Of a DNA stretch of 64,000 nucleotides, positions 42,001 to 54,000 are shown one piece after another. The notes beneath the pieces are model-generated. The model was not told where the DNA came from and made no database searches. It saw only the letters and a list, made by a program, of their open reading frames with translations. How positions within the stretch are numbered: the first letter of the stretch is position 1; each line of letters starts with the position of its first letter. A program made the position numbers and the translations under genes. Origin of the DNA: Mytilus californianus. Its lineage: Eukaryota. The stretch is taken from contig NW_026262734.1 of assembly GCF_021869535.1 (NCBI RefSeq), forward strand, positions 23,746,001 through 23,810,000, in the 5' to 3' direction.

Positions 42001-45000
42001 AAATCTAAATTCATGGTTAGATTCAGCATATCAAAGAACCCCATATATTCAATTTTTGTTGAAATCAAACAAAGTTTAATTTTGGACCCCAACTTGGACC
42101 AACTTGAAAACTGGGCCCATAATCAAAAATCTAAACACATGTTTAGATTCAGCATATCAAAGAACCCCAAGAATTCAATTTTTGTTAAAATCAAACTAAG
42201 TTTAATTTTGGACCCTTTGGACCTCAATGAAGACCAATTTAAAAAACGAGACCCAAATTAAAAATCTAAAAACACGGTTAGATTTGGCAATAATTCAATT
42301 TCTGATGAAATCAAACAAAGTTTAATTTTGGACCCTTTTGACCTCAATATGAACCAATATGAAAGCGGGGCCTACAAATAAAAAATCTAAATGGTTAGAT
42401 TCAACATATCAATGAACCTCATATATTCAATTTTTGTTGAAATCAAACAAAGTTTAATTTTGGACCCCAATTTGGACCAACTTGAAAACTGGGCCCATAA
42501 TCAAAAATCTAAATACTTGTTTAGATTCAGCATATCAAAGAACCCCATATATTCAATTTTTGTTGAAATCAAACAAAGTTTAAATACTGGACCCTATCTT
42601 GGACCAACTTGAAAACTGGGCCCATAATCAAAAATCTAAACACATGTTTAGATTCAGCATATCAAAGAACCCCAAGAATTCAATTTTTGTTAAAATCAAA
42701 CTAAGTTTAATTTTGGACCCTTTGGACCTTAATGTAGACCAATTTAAAAAACAGGACCCAAAATTAAAAATCTAAATACACGGTTAGATTCGGAATATCA
42801 AAGAACCCCAATAATTCAATTTTAGATGAAATCAAACAAAGTTTAATTTTGGACCCTTTTGACCTCAATATGAACCAATTTGATAACGGGGTCCACAAAT
42901 AAATAAATCTAAATACATGGTTAGATTCAGCATATCAAAGAACCCCATATATTCAATTTTTGTTGAAATCAAACAAAGTTTAATTTTGGACCCCAATTTG
43001 GACCAACTTGAAAACTGGGCCAAAAATCAAAAATCTAAATACATGTTTAGATTCAGCATATCAAAGAACCTCATATATTCAATTTTTGCTAAAATCAAAC
43101 AAAGTTTAATTTTGGACCCTTTGGACCTTCATATGGATTTTTTTGTAAAAAAAAAAGATGCAACATTTGCAGATATTTTTACTGGTCTTCCTTTATAAAT
43201 ATGCTTTACACATAATTTAAAGGCAGTGTAAGGGAAGTAACCAAAACGTTGTATTTGGATTACCTCCCTTACACTGTTTTAAATTATCTCTATTGTTCAT
43301 TAACCATTACTTTATACATAATTTAAAAGCAGTGTAAGGGAGATAATTTCAATGATGTATTTGATTTACCTCCCTTACACTGCTTTAAATTATGTTTTGT
43401 ACTAAAGTATTTGTCCATTAACCAGGACAACCTTGTTTTTCCCCCTTTTTTGCCCCTAATTCCTAAACGGTTTGAGCCATAACCCCCCAAAGCAAATCCT
43501 AACCATCCCTTTGTGGTATGGAAACTTGTAGTATAATTTCAGAGAGATCCATACACCGTTCCACAGTTATTGTCTGGAAACTTTGAAAATGCTTATTTTT
43601 GGGCCCTTTTTGGCCCCTAATTCCTTAACTGTTGGTACCATAACCCCCAAAATCAATCCTAACCTTCCTTTTGTGGTATTTAACCTTATGGTCAAATTTC
43701 AAAAAGATCCATTCACTTAAACTAAAGTTACAGTGCGAAAACCAATGTGTCTTCGGACGACGACGCCGGACGACGACGCCGGACGAAGACGCCGCCGGAC
43801 GACGACGACGCCAACATCATACCAATATACGACCACAAAATTTTTTTGCGGTCGTATAAAAACAAAGCTGTTTGTTGTAAGGCATTAATCATAATAATCA
43901 ATATTTTACCAACATGAAAGACCAGGATACAAACCAAATGAGTGTAGACAAACAGGCCTACCAGACTGTGCCTCATGTGTAGAGTCTGATGAGACTTTGG
44001 CATTGATGAAAACTAGAACCTAAATCCTGTGACATGACTTGATTCAGTTGTTCTCGACTCATATTTTTGAAATAGATATCAAGAGATATAAATCAAATTC
44101 TATTCTTATGTTCATTGAATCAACTTAAAATGCAAAAAAGGTTAATACAAGGATTTGTATAGTGTTCTCACTATACAAATCCTTGGTTAATATTAAGTTT
44201 TTTTTTTTGGACAAGTTACAATTTCATTTGGACAAGTAAGTTTTGATGTGTACTTGTCATATTGGGCAAGTTGAAAAAAAAGTTATTGTAGAGGCCTGTA
44301 ATGACATTCAGTATAATAAATTAAATAACACATATCTGAGAGGGTGATAGAGCAGATTGTTACCCCTCGAAAAGACATTGTCAACCTTGGCTTCGCCTCA
44401 GTTGACAATGTTTTCTTGGGGTAACAATCTGCTCTATCACCCTCTCAGCTATGTGTTATTTATATAATGTTACATAACCTCCTACAGAATAATGCACTAA
44501 ATTATGAATAATACACCTTACCAAGCAGGTGTTATAGTTCCACTTAAAAATATATGTAAATGCATATATACTAAAAACATTGCCAGTGGACAAGTGGAAA
44601 TATAACAAAATAACTATTAGTTTTTAAATTTCATGAAAGAAATTAACAGATATCTGATAAAATAACCTTATGCTCCTAAAATCTGTTTGAATTGACTGCT
44701 TTGTATTTGTTATTTACAAAAGTAACGACTAAGTAGTATTTAAAAGAAACTCCTTTTCAGCATAACTTCCTCTGAGTTTTTGTTAGAAACTTTTCTGCTT
44801 TGTATTGATCTGATGAGTTAAGTCTTTTTCAAATGATTTTTATAGTTGTGTTGTACTGTTACACCACTATCCCAGGTTAGGGGAGGGTTGGGGCCTTCAA
44901 ACATGGTTAACCTCGTCACATTCTATATGTGCCTTCCCAAGTCAGGAGCCTGTAGGTCAGTTGTTGTTTTTGGACCAAGTCTGTCATATTTGTTTGTTTT

Positions 45001-48000
45001 TTTAGCTCACCTGGCCCGAAGGGCCAAGTGAGCTTTTCTCATCTCTTGGCGTCCGTCGTCGTCGTCGTCCGTCATCGTTAGCTTTTTACAAAAATCTTCT
45101 CCTCTGAAACCGCTGGTCCAAATTAAACCAAACTTGGCCACAATCATCATTAGGGTATCTAGTTTTAAAAAATGTGGCCGATGACGCTGCCAACCAACCA
45201 AGATGGCCGCCATGGCTAAAAACAGAACATAGGGGTAAAATGTAGATTTTGGCTTATATCTCTGAAACCAAAGCATTTAGAGTAGATCTGACATGGGTAA
45301 AACTGATTATCAGGTCAAGATCTATCTCCCCTGAAATTTTCAGACAAATCTGACAACCTGTTGTTGGGTTGCTGCCCCTGAATTGGTAATATAAGGAAAT
45401 TTTGCAGTTTTTGGTTATTATCTTGAATATTATTATAGATAGAGATAAACTGTAAACAGTAATAATGCTCAGCAAAGTAAGATCTACAAATAAGTTGTCA
45501 TGACCAAAATTGTCAGTCGACCCCTTTAGGAGTTATTGCCCTTAATAGTCAATTTTTAACAATTTTTTGTAAATTTTTGTAATCTTTTACAAAAATCTTC
45601 TTCTCTGAAACTACTGAGACAAATTTAACCATACTTGGCCATAATCATTATTAGGGTATCTAGTTTAAAAAATTTGTCGGATGACCCCGCCTTCCAACCA
45701 TCATGGCCGACTTGGTTAAAAATAGAACATAGGGGTAAAATGCTGTTTTTGGTTTATATCTCTGAAACTAAAGCATTTAGAGCAAATCTGACAGGTGGCA
45801 AAAATGTTCATCAGATTTAGGTCTATCTGCCCTGAAATTTTCAGACGAATCCGACAACCCGTTGTTGGGTTGCTGCCCCTGAGTTAGTAATTTTACAAAA
45901 ATTTTGCAGTTTTTTGTTATCTTAGATATCATTATAATATCTAATATCTAATACTATTAATTATGATTTTAACCTTATTTTACATGATTTCCAAAGCATG
46001 AGTAAATACAGGTGAGCGACACAGGCTCTTGAGAGCCTCTAGTTTTGTAAATTGCATTGTTATAAATACATGAAATAAGGCAGTAATTTTTTTCAATTGA
46101 ATTGTTTCATATTTTTCATGTCAAGGCCTTTTATAGCCCACTATTCAGTATGGGTTTTTCTCATTGTTGAAGGCCGTAAGGTTGCCTATAATTGCTTACA
46201 TTTACTTCTTTTGAAATTTGGTGGATAGTTGTCTCATTGGCAATCATACCACTTCTCCTTATTTTTATATTGTTGTGGTAATTATGAAAGTTACTTGTTG
46301 AGGTAACAACCCTGACCAGCTGCCAACCACTTTTTTGTCAATCCTGCATCATATTGCATGTGACATTAATGGACACTACTATTAGTGTCAAGAATATATT
46401 TTCCTTATTGAATTATAAGTAGAACTTAACTAGTTTCGAAAACATATATAATGTTTATTGTTTTATTTACAGAGAGTGCTTGTTTTAGTTGCCTTTGATG
46501 TTGATGCTTTATGTGCCTGTAAAATACTTCAGGTAGGATATCATTTAATACACAGTTATTGTTTGTTTGTAAAATACTTCAGGTAGGTTATCATTTAATA
46601 CACAGTTATTGTTTGTTTGTAAAATACATCAGGTAGGATATCATTTAATACACAGTTATTGTTTGTTTGTAAAATACTTCAGGTAGGATATCATTTAATA
46701 CACAGTTATTGTTTGTTTGTAAAATACTTCAGGTAGGATATCATTTAATACATAGTTATTGTTTGTTTGTAAAATACTTCAGGTAGGATATCATTTAATA
46801 CTCAGTTATTGTTTGTTTCATTGTGTATACTGTGTACTGTAATGCCACTTTTCATACATTCATACAATTAGGTAGTGTCCATTCTATCTGGGAAAAGCTA
46901 AGAACCTAGAGCAAACCACTGACTTGCAAGAAGCTGAAAAATCAAATTAATTACGACTGCAGTTTTATAAAACATAAAAACCGATAACAGGAAAAGCGTA
47001 AAATAAATGACATTACAACAGAACACACTATGTAGCAGCAATGAGTTCTCTGAGAAAACAGATGTACAAACAACAATGAAAAACATATATATACTCAGTC
47101 AATAATAATTGTTCTATGATGTACATGTCTGTCCCTTTTTAGATGCTTGATTGTTTAATATAAATATGTTATTTATTGAATTTGATTCAAACACACCTAG
47201 ATTCAGTACATTCAGTCCGATTTTGTTAATCCAGGTAGTAAAAGGCGGATGTTGTCTGTGCATTGTATAGATGTAAGTCAGCTACATAGACCACTCAGCC
47301 CATCAAGGCAATATATAAAATTCATACTTAAGGATGTTAACTACTGTACCTGTACAAGTAATCCTACTTCAACAGTCTTTGGTTACAGTGTTCAAATAGT
47401 TAATAAGTGCCCATATTGGTAAAATACTAATGACAATTTGGGACCAATCAAGTCTGTCAATTTTGCAGAAGTAAAAGTCAAATGATATGAAAAACATACT
47501 TCATAAAACCTTTAAAAAAATACATGTATTTATGCTAATCAAACTGATCCTAATTCTTAGTGCCTACCAGAATGATTTTTTAGCATTATTAAAGTCAAGA
47601 CAGTTTCCCTTGTTGAATCATATGCATGCTCAAAATGTTTTGAAAAATAGAACTATTTGCTTACCTACTGAACATAATTTTTTTATCAGCATGTTAGTAG
47701 AAACACTTGTATTATTGTGTTTTTGCCCAAACAAAGATTATGTTAACATACTACTTTGAATGGCTGTCTTTTTGTCAAAGATCTAAACAATATTATTTTT
47801 ATTTTTCATTGGCTTTCTTTTTCAGTATTTATTCCAGTGTGATCAAATCCTTTATACAATTGTCCCTGTCACAGGAAAAGAAGAATTAGAGAAAGCTTAT
47901 GTAGAAAATTCAGAAGGGGTAGGTTTTGTATACATTGCATACTCAGTATACAGTTACCGCCTCAGTGGTCTTGTGGTAGCTTGTTCAGCTTGAGTGGAGG

Positions 48001-51000
48001 GCATTGTGTGTTCGAACCCAGGCCTGGTAAAACCAAAGACTTTAGAATTGGTATTTGCTGTTTCATAGCTAAGCACACAGCATTTAGGAGTAAAGTCTAA
48101 AGTATGGTTGATACAAGAAGTTATTAACCCTGCTAACTACTAATTAGTCCATCTTAAATACCTCAATTCTAATATGATGTTCTTCAAACACTTTGAGTAC
48201 ACACCTGTGGTAAAATACGAATATATTGTATGTCAGTTGATCAGCAACATCATGATATGGTTGGGCTGTTCCAATCATGCCACTAAGTTGTATGCTTTTT
48301 ATGAATGAGATATCTTAGGTCGATCGGTGTAAATGACGTCGTTAAATGGTTTACTCTAGCTGTGACTTTAGACCATAAGGACTGTACGGGAATATGCACA
48401 AGTGTAAAAGTCGTCAAAACATGGAAACATAAACAAACGATGATAATTTGTTTAAAGCCTTTTCTGAAAAAGAAGTAAAATGTATCCAATTTGTTCAGTA
48501 ATTAAGTATAAAGCTATTATACAAATGAAAGTTACATATTTATTGTGGTTTACACAAATATTTGTTGGAAGCAGTACACATCCATTGATGTTATGTACCT
48601 TATACTTGCAGGTTAAACATGTGATATTTATAAATTGTGGAGCATCAGTAGATGTTGTTGAGACTTTACAGCCTGAAGAAAGTGTCAGATTTTATATATG
48701 TGATAGGTAAGATATAGGGTCTACTTTTAATATAAGAGAGACTTTACAGCCTGAAGAAAGTGTCAGATTTTATATATGTGATAGGTAAGATATAGGGTCT
48801 ACTTTTAATATAAGAGAGACTTTACAGCCTGAAGAAAGTGTCAGATTTTATATATGTGATAGGTAAGATATAGGGTCTACTTTTAATATAAGAGAGACTT
48901 TACAGCCTGAAGAAAGTGTCAGATTTTATATATGTGATAGGTAAGAAATGGGGTCTACTTTTAATATAGGAGAATTTGAAATCTGGAAAATAAGGTGTGG
49001 CATTTGGAAACAATCTTGACATGGTTTCCAATGAGACAACTAATCACCAGAAAACAAAGGACAATCCTGTAATGTTTACATGGTTAAGTGTTCCATGACA
49101 ATCCTGTAATGTTTACATGGTTAAGTGTTCCATGACAATCCTGTAATGTTTACATGGTTAAGTGTTCCATGACAATCCTGTAATGTTTACATGGTTAAGT
49201 GTTCCATGACAATCCTGTAATGTTTACATGGTTAAGTGTTCCATGACAATCCTGTAATGTTTACATGGTTAAGTGTTCCATGACAATCCTGTAATGTTTA
49301 CATGGTTAAGTGTTCCATGACAATCCTGTAATGTTTACATGGTTAAGTGTTCCATGACAATCCTGTAATGTTTACATGGTTAAGTGTTCCATGACAATCC
49401 TGTAATGTTTATATGGTTAAGTGTCCCATGACAATCCTGTAATGTTTACATGGTTAAGTGTCCCATGACAATCCTGTAATGTTTACATGGTTAAGTGTTC
49501 CATGACAATCCTGTAATGTTTACATGGTTAAGTGTCCCATGACAATCCTGTAATGTTTACATGGTTAAGTGTTCCATGACAATCCTGTAATGTTTACATG
49601 GTTAAGTGTTCCATGACAATCTTGTAATGTTTACATGGTTAAGTGTTCCATGTGAAGGTAGATCTAGAAAAGGAGCTTTAAACTAGTGGTGAAAAGATTT
49701 ACTTAGTTCGATTTTCATTCATATTACGGTTTGGTTCCCGTCTGGATTGATTCTGAGTGTTATCATTTTCCATTGGCCAATCAAAACTTGAGTTACAAAT
49801 TGTTTCAAATATCATATCCATGTCTCTATGAAAATGGCTGGCTGGATTATCATTGGTTAAATAAATATTTAAAATCTTTATGTATTTTAGCTACACTTAA
49901 GGAACAGCATGTTTACTAAACACAAAAAAAAAACATTTGCTATTAGACTACATGTATTAATTCCAGTTTGGGTATAAAATTATGTATGGGATTGTCACCC
50001 TTGTATCGTGATATGTATAGTATCATTAGGTAGGTGTATCGTCATAGCCCTACTTGAAACACAACACATTTATATATTTTTTTTATTTTTAAGCAAAACT
50101 GTTAATATATTAAATTTTAGCCACAGAGCAGTAGATTTACTGTTACACAGTGTATTTAATGCAGTACCAGTAAAGCTGTTTAGGTATTCTATTTTAGCCA
50201 CAGACCAGTAAAAATGTATTTAATGCAGTACAGGTCAATCTTTTGATATTTTATATTTTAGTCACAGGCCAGTAGATTTACACAATGTATTTAATGCAGT
50301 ACCAGTCAAGCTTTTAATATTTTAGGTTTTAGCCACAGACCAGTAGATGTACACAATGTATTTTAATGCAGTACCAGTCAAGCTGTTTATGTATTATATT
50401 TAAGCCACAGACCAGTAGATGTACACAATGTATTTAATGCAGTACCAGTCAAGCTGTGTATGTATTATATTTAAGCCACAGACCAGTAGATGTACACAAT
50501 GTATTTAATGCAGTACAAGTCAATCTTTTAATATTTTATGTTTTTGCCACAGACCCATAGATGTACACAATATATTTAATGCAGTACAAGTCAAGCTGTT
50601 TATGTATTATATTTAAGCCACAGACCAGTAGATGTACACAATGTGTTTAATGTAGTACAAGTCAATCTTTTAATATTTTATATTTTAGCAACGTTAACTG
50701 ACCAGTAGATGTACACAATATATTTAATGCAGTACAAGTCAATCTGTTTATGTATTATGTTTTAGCCACAGACCAGTAGATGTACACAATGTGTTTAATG
50801 TAGTACAAGTCAATCTTTTAATATTTTATATTTTAGCCACATACCAGTTGATGTACACAATATATTTAATGCAGTACAAGTCAAGCAGTTAATGTATTAT
50901 ATTTTAGTCACAGGCCAGTAGATGTACACAATATATTTAATGCAGTACAAGTCAAGCTGTTAATGTATTATATTTTAGTCACAGACCAGTAGATGTACAC

Positions 51001-54000
51001 AATATATTTAATGCAGTACAAGTCAAGCTGTTAATGTATTATATTTTAGCCACAGACCAGTAGAAGTACACAATGTATTTAATGCAGTACAAGTCAAGCA
51101 GTTAATGTATTATGTTTTAGCCACAGGCCAGTAGATGTACACAATGTATTTAATGCAGTACAAGTTAAACTGTTAATGTATTATATTTAAGCCACAGGCC
51201 AGTATATTGTACACAATGTATTTAATGCAGTACTTTTCAAACTGTTAATGTATTATATTTTAGTCACAGGCCAGTAGATGTACACAATGTATTTAATGCA
51301 GTACAAGTCAAGCTTTTGATGAAGGAAGAAGAATTTGATGAGTTACCAGAGTATGATTCCTTATTCAGAGATGATGATGTAAGAATGTTATCAGTGTTTT
51401 TCCTGCCTTTATTTTGGGTCCGAATATCGGCCCTGTTCCCAATTAGAAAAACCCTATTTTATTCCCAAATGAACACTGAAAATTCCCAATTCAATCAAGT
51501 TGTAGCGGAAAGGTTATTGATTATTTTATCGTTCGTATGATTTGGTTCAACAATATAGGTTGTCGTACTGTTCCCGAAGAAAAACAAGTCGATAGACAGA
51601 TGATAATATTTCGGGAACCGGTTTAACTTAGTTCTGCATAGTTTATCTGAAAACCTGAAAAACGTGAATAACCATGATCTAAATTTTCATAGGAACCAAC
51701 TTTAATTCTATGAAAGTTTGCTAGTACGGTCAATTTTTTTTCTTTAAATAATATTATTGAATGTATGATTATTATTATTTTCGATTAAAAAAACATAGAG
51801 CATTTTTCTAAATTTCATTTTTGTCTCCATAAATGCGCTTAATTGTCTTTGTTAATTTTTTGGTCTTAGGTTTATTTATAAATTTTGTAAACATGCCAAA
51901 GCGTGCGGCGAAATGCTTTTTTCGCTGGTCAATACGTTATTTTCTTCTGTTAGTTGTGATGATAATATCAATTAAAACAGGCAATCTAGCCAAAGAAATA
52001 CTTGAAACGGCATTAATTAAATACCATGGAAAGTATGGCAGTCCACTCACACTCGGGAATTCACGGGAATAGAAACGAATCTTAAATTATCTCCTACTAT
52101 TAAAAGTGGTTAAATCAGTTGCAATAATTTGAATGTGAATTGTCCTACTAGTCTGTGTATCACGATTTGATTCTTCTTTTGTTGCCATCATAAACAGTAT
52201 TGGATAGTACATGTACTTTCCTGCTTTAGTATATACTTTTTACTTATGTTAATGTTATAAACTGTAATGGCCTGTTCATGTTCAAAATGGTCCATTAAAA
52301 TTTATATGAGGAGCCCTTGGCCCATAGAGACAAAATCTTTCCAGATCACTGCATACAGACTCTTAATGGAGATGATTAAAAATAAAATAAATAGTTTTGT
52401 TTCTACATTTTATTAGCAAACCAGTTAATTCATCATGCAAAACATCGGGAAATGCCCCAGATCACATTATTTAGCTTCATTTATTTTAAAATTGGGCGGG
52501 GGGCATGCCATCAGACACCTGTAGCATTGGTCGTACCTTTGGAACTTGACAGGAGAGTAGAGCTGGAAGACTTTAAAAAAAAAAAAAAAATTTAAATAGC
52601 CCTCTGGGCTAGTAAAGGAATTTAGTGAGTGTCAAACCCTGAAGTTATATATTTACATGCATCAAGAAAAAAAATGATATGTTCAAATTTGAACATGATA
52701 GAAAATTGGAATTCTAATAAATAACCTCATTGAACTTTGATGAAAACAATGATTTATTTTTTCCCAGTTCACACGTTATACGACACATTTTTCCCAATTG
52801 CCTAGGGCCCAGGCCCCATTTGAATAAAGGTAGGAACATCACTGGTTATAAATAGGTCAAGTAATTTATCCAAACAGATTTATGAGATATCTTATATAAC
52901 AACATAACTTAAGTTTATATCAGTATTGTTGAGTTTTTTTTATTTACTAGTAAAATGATTTTGGGACTTGTAATTTTCCTCATTTGAATTGTTTCAAATT
53001 TTGTCATGTCTGGGCTTTTATGGCTAACTATACAGTATGGGTTTTTGCTCATTGTTGAAAACTGTTCAGTGATCTTTAATTGCTGAAGTCCATGTCGTTT
53101 GAACTCTGGTGTATATTTATCTCATTGGAGTGAAATATACCTTGAGTTTCAACAACTGAGTTTTAATGCTCAATAAACTAATGGAGTAAAATACACTTTG
53201 AGTTTTAACAACTGAGTTTTAATGCTCAATAAACTTATGGAGTAAATAATACACCTTGAATTTCAATAACTCCCGGTGCTCAATAATTTTATGGAGTAAA
53301 ATACACCTTGAGTTTCAATCTATCTTAATGCTCAATAATTTTAAATGGAAAAACACATCTTGAGTTTCAATAACTCTTAGTGCTCATACTAATCAAAGTT
53401 TTGTCTGATATGAGTTGTAGGGAAAACTGGTTATTTATGCTTTCTGTGAGACTTTTTTTATTTACAGTCAGATGATGATTCAGGAAATGATAGTGATAGT
53501 TCAGAAAGGTCAGGAAAACGAAAAAGATTCGATGATGAAGCTATTGAAAAAAGACGAGATAAAAGAATCTGGAATGAGAATAGGTATTTGATATCGAATA
53601 AAACTTATAAGAATTTAAAAAACAATGACAGCCAAAACATGCAAACATGTTTCAAAATTAAATGCTTTAATTTACCTATAAGTGAAAAAGATAATAAAAA
53701 AAGTTCTGGTCCACCCAGGGAACTCCCCATAGAAAAACGAGAAAGTTGCATTTGAACCATCAAACAAACATACAATTTTATACAGTTTCATTGTGTGACC
53801 TATTTATGCTGAATTGCTGCTGACTAAGGCAAATGTTTTTGTTTCTTACAGACAGAAGATATTATTTGAATATAATCAGTTCTCTACATATGGCACTGCT
53901 GTAAGTACATTATTCCTCTAGCATTCAGTAAGTCATTTAATTTACTGAAAATTTTTAAAGTGATTACTTCATATAAGCCCAAAAAAAAGTATGTGGGTTT

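Larger units (their letters stand above)
40783..44298. mobile_element. TIR element with 5-bp TSD (hAT5-like) carrying a nested Helentron-like element
   Basis: TIR CAGGGCTCGACAATAAC / GTTATTGTAGAGGCCTG (15/17); TAATG on both sides; subterminal GGACAAGT repeats at both ends. Confidence 0.8.

Noticed and set aside
41684-43198. Four similar ORFs (RFSISKNP...LILDP)
   Set aside because: They are translations of the ABC satellite with frequent stops and no splice context.
47956-48030. tRNA gene
   Set aside because: A and B boxes are present, but there is no cloverleaf or acceptor stem and it continues into a SINE core.
49060-49651. 37-bp repeats resembling a CRISPR array in unit size
   Set aside because: Units are contiguous with no unique spacers, there are no cas genes, and the context is a eukaryotic intron.
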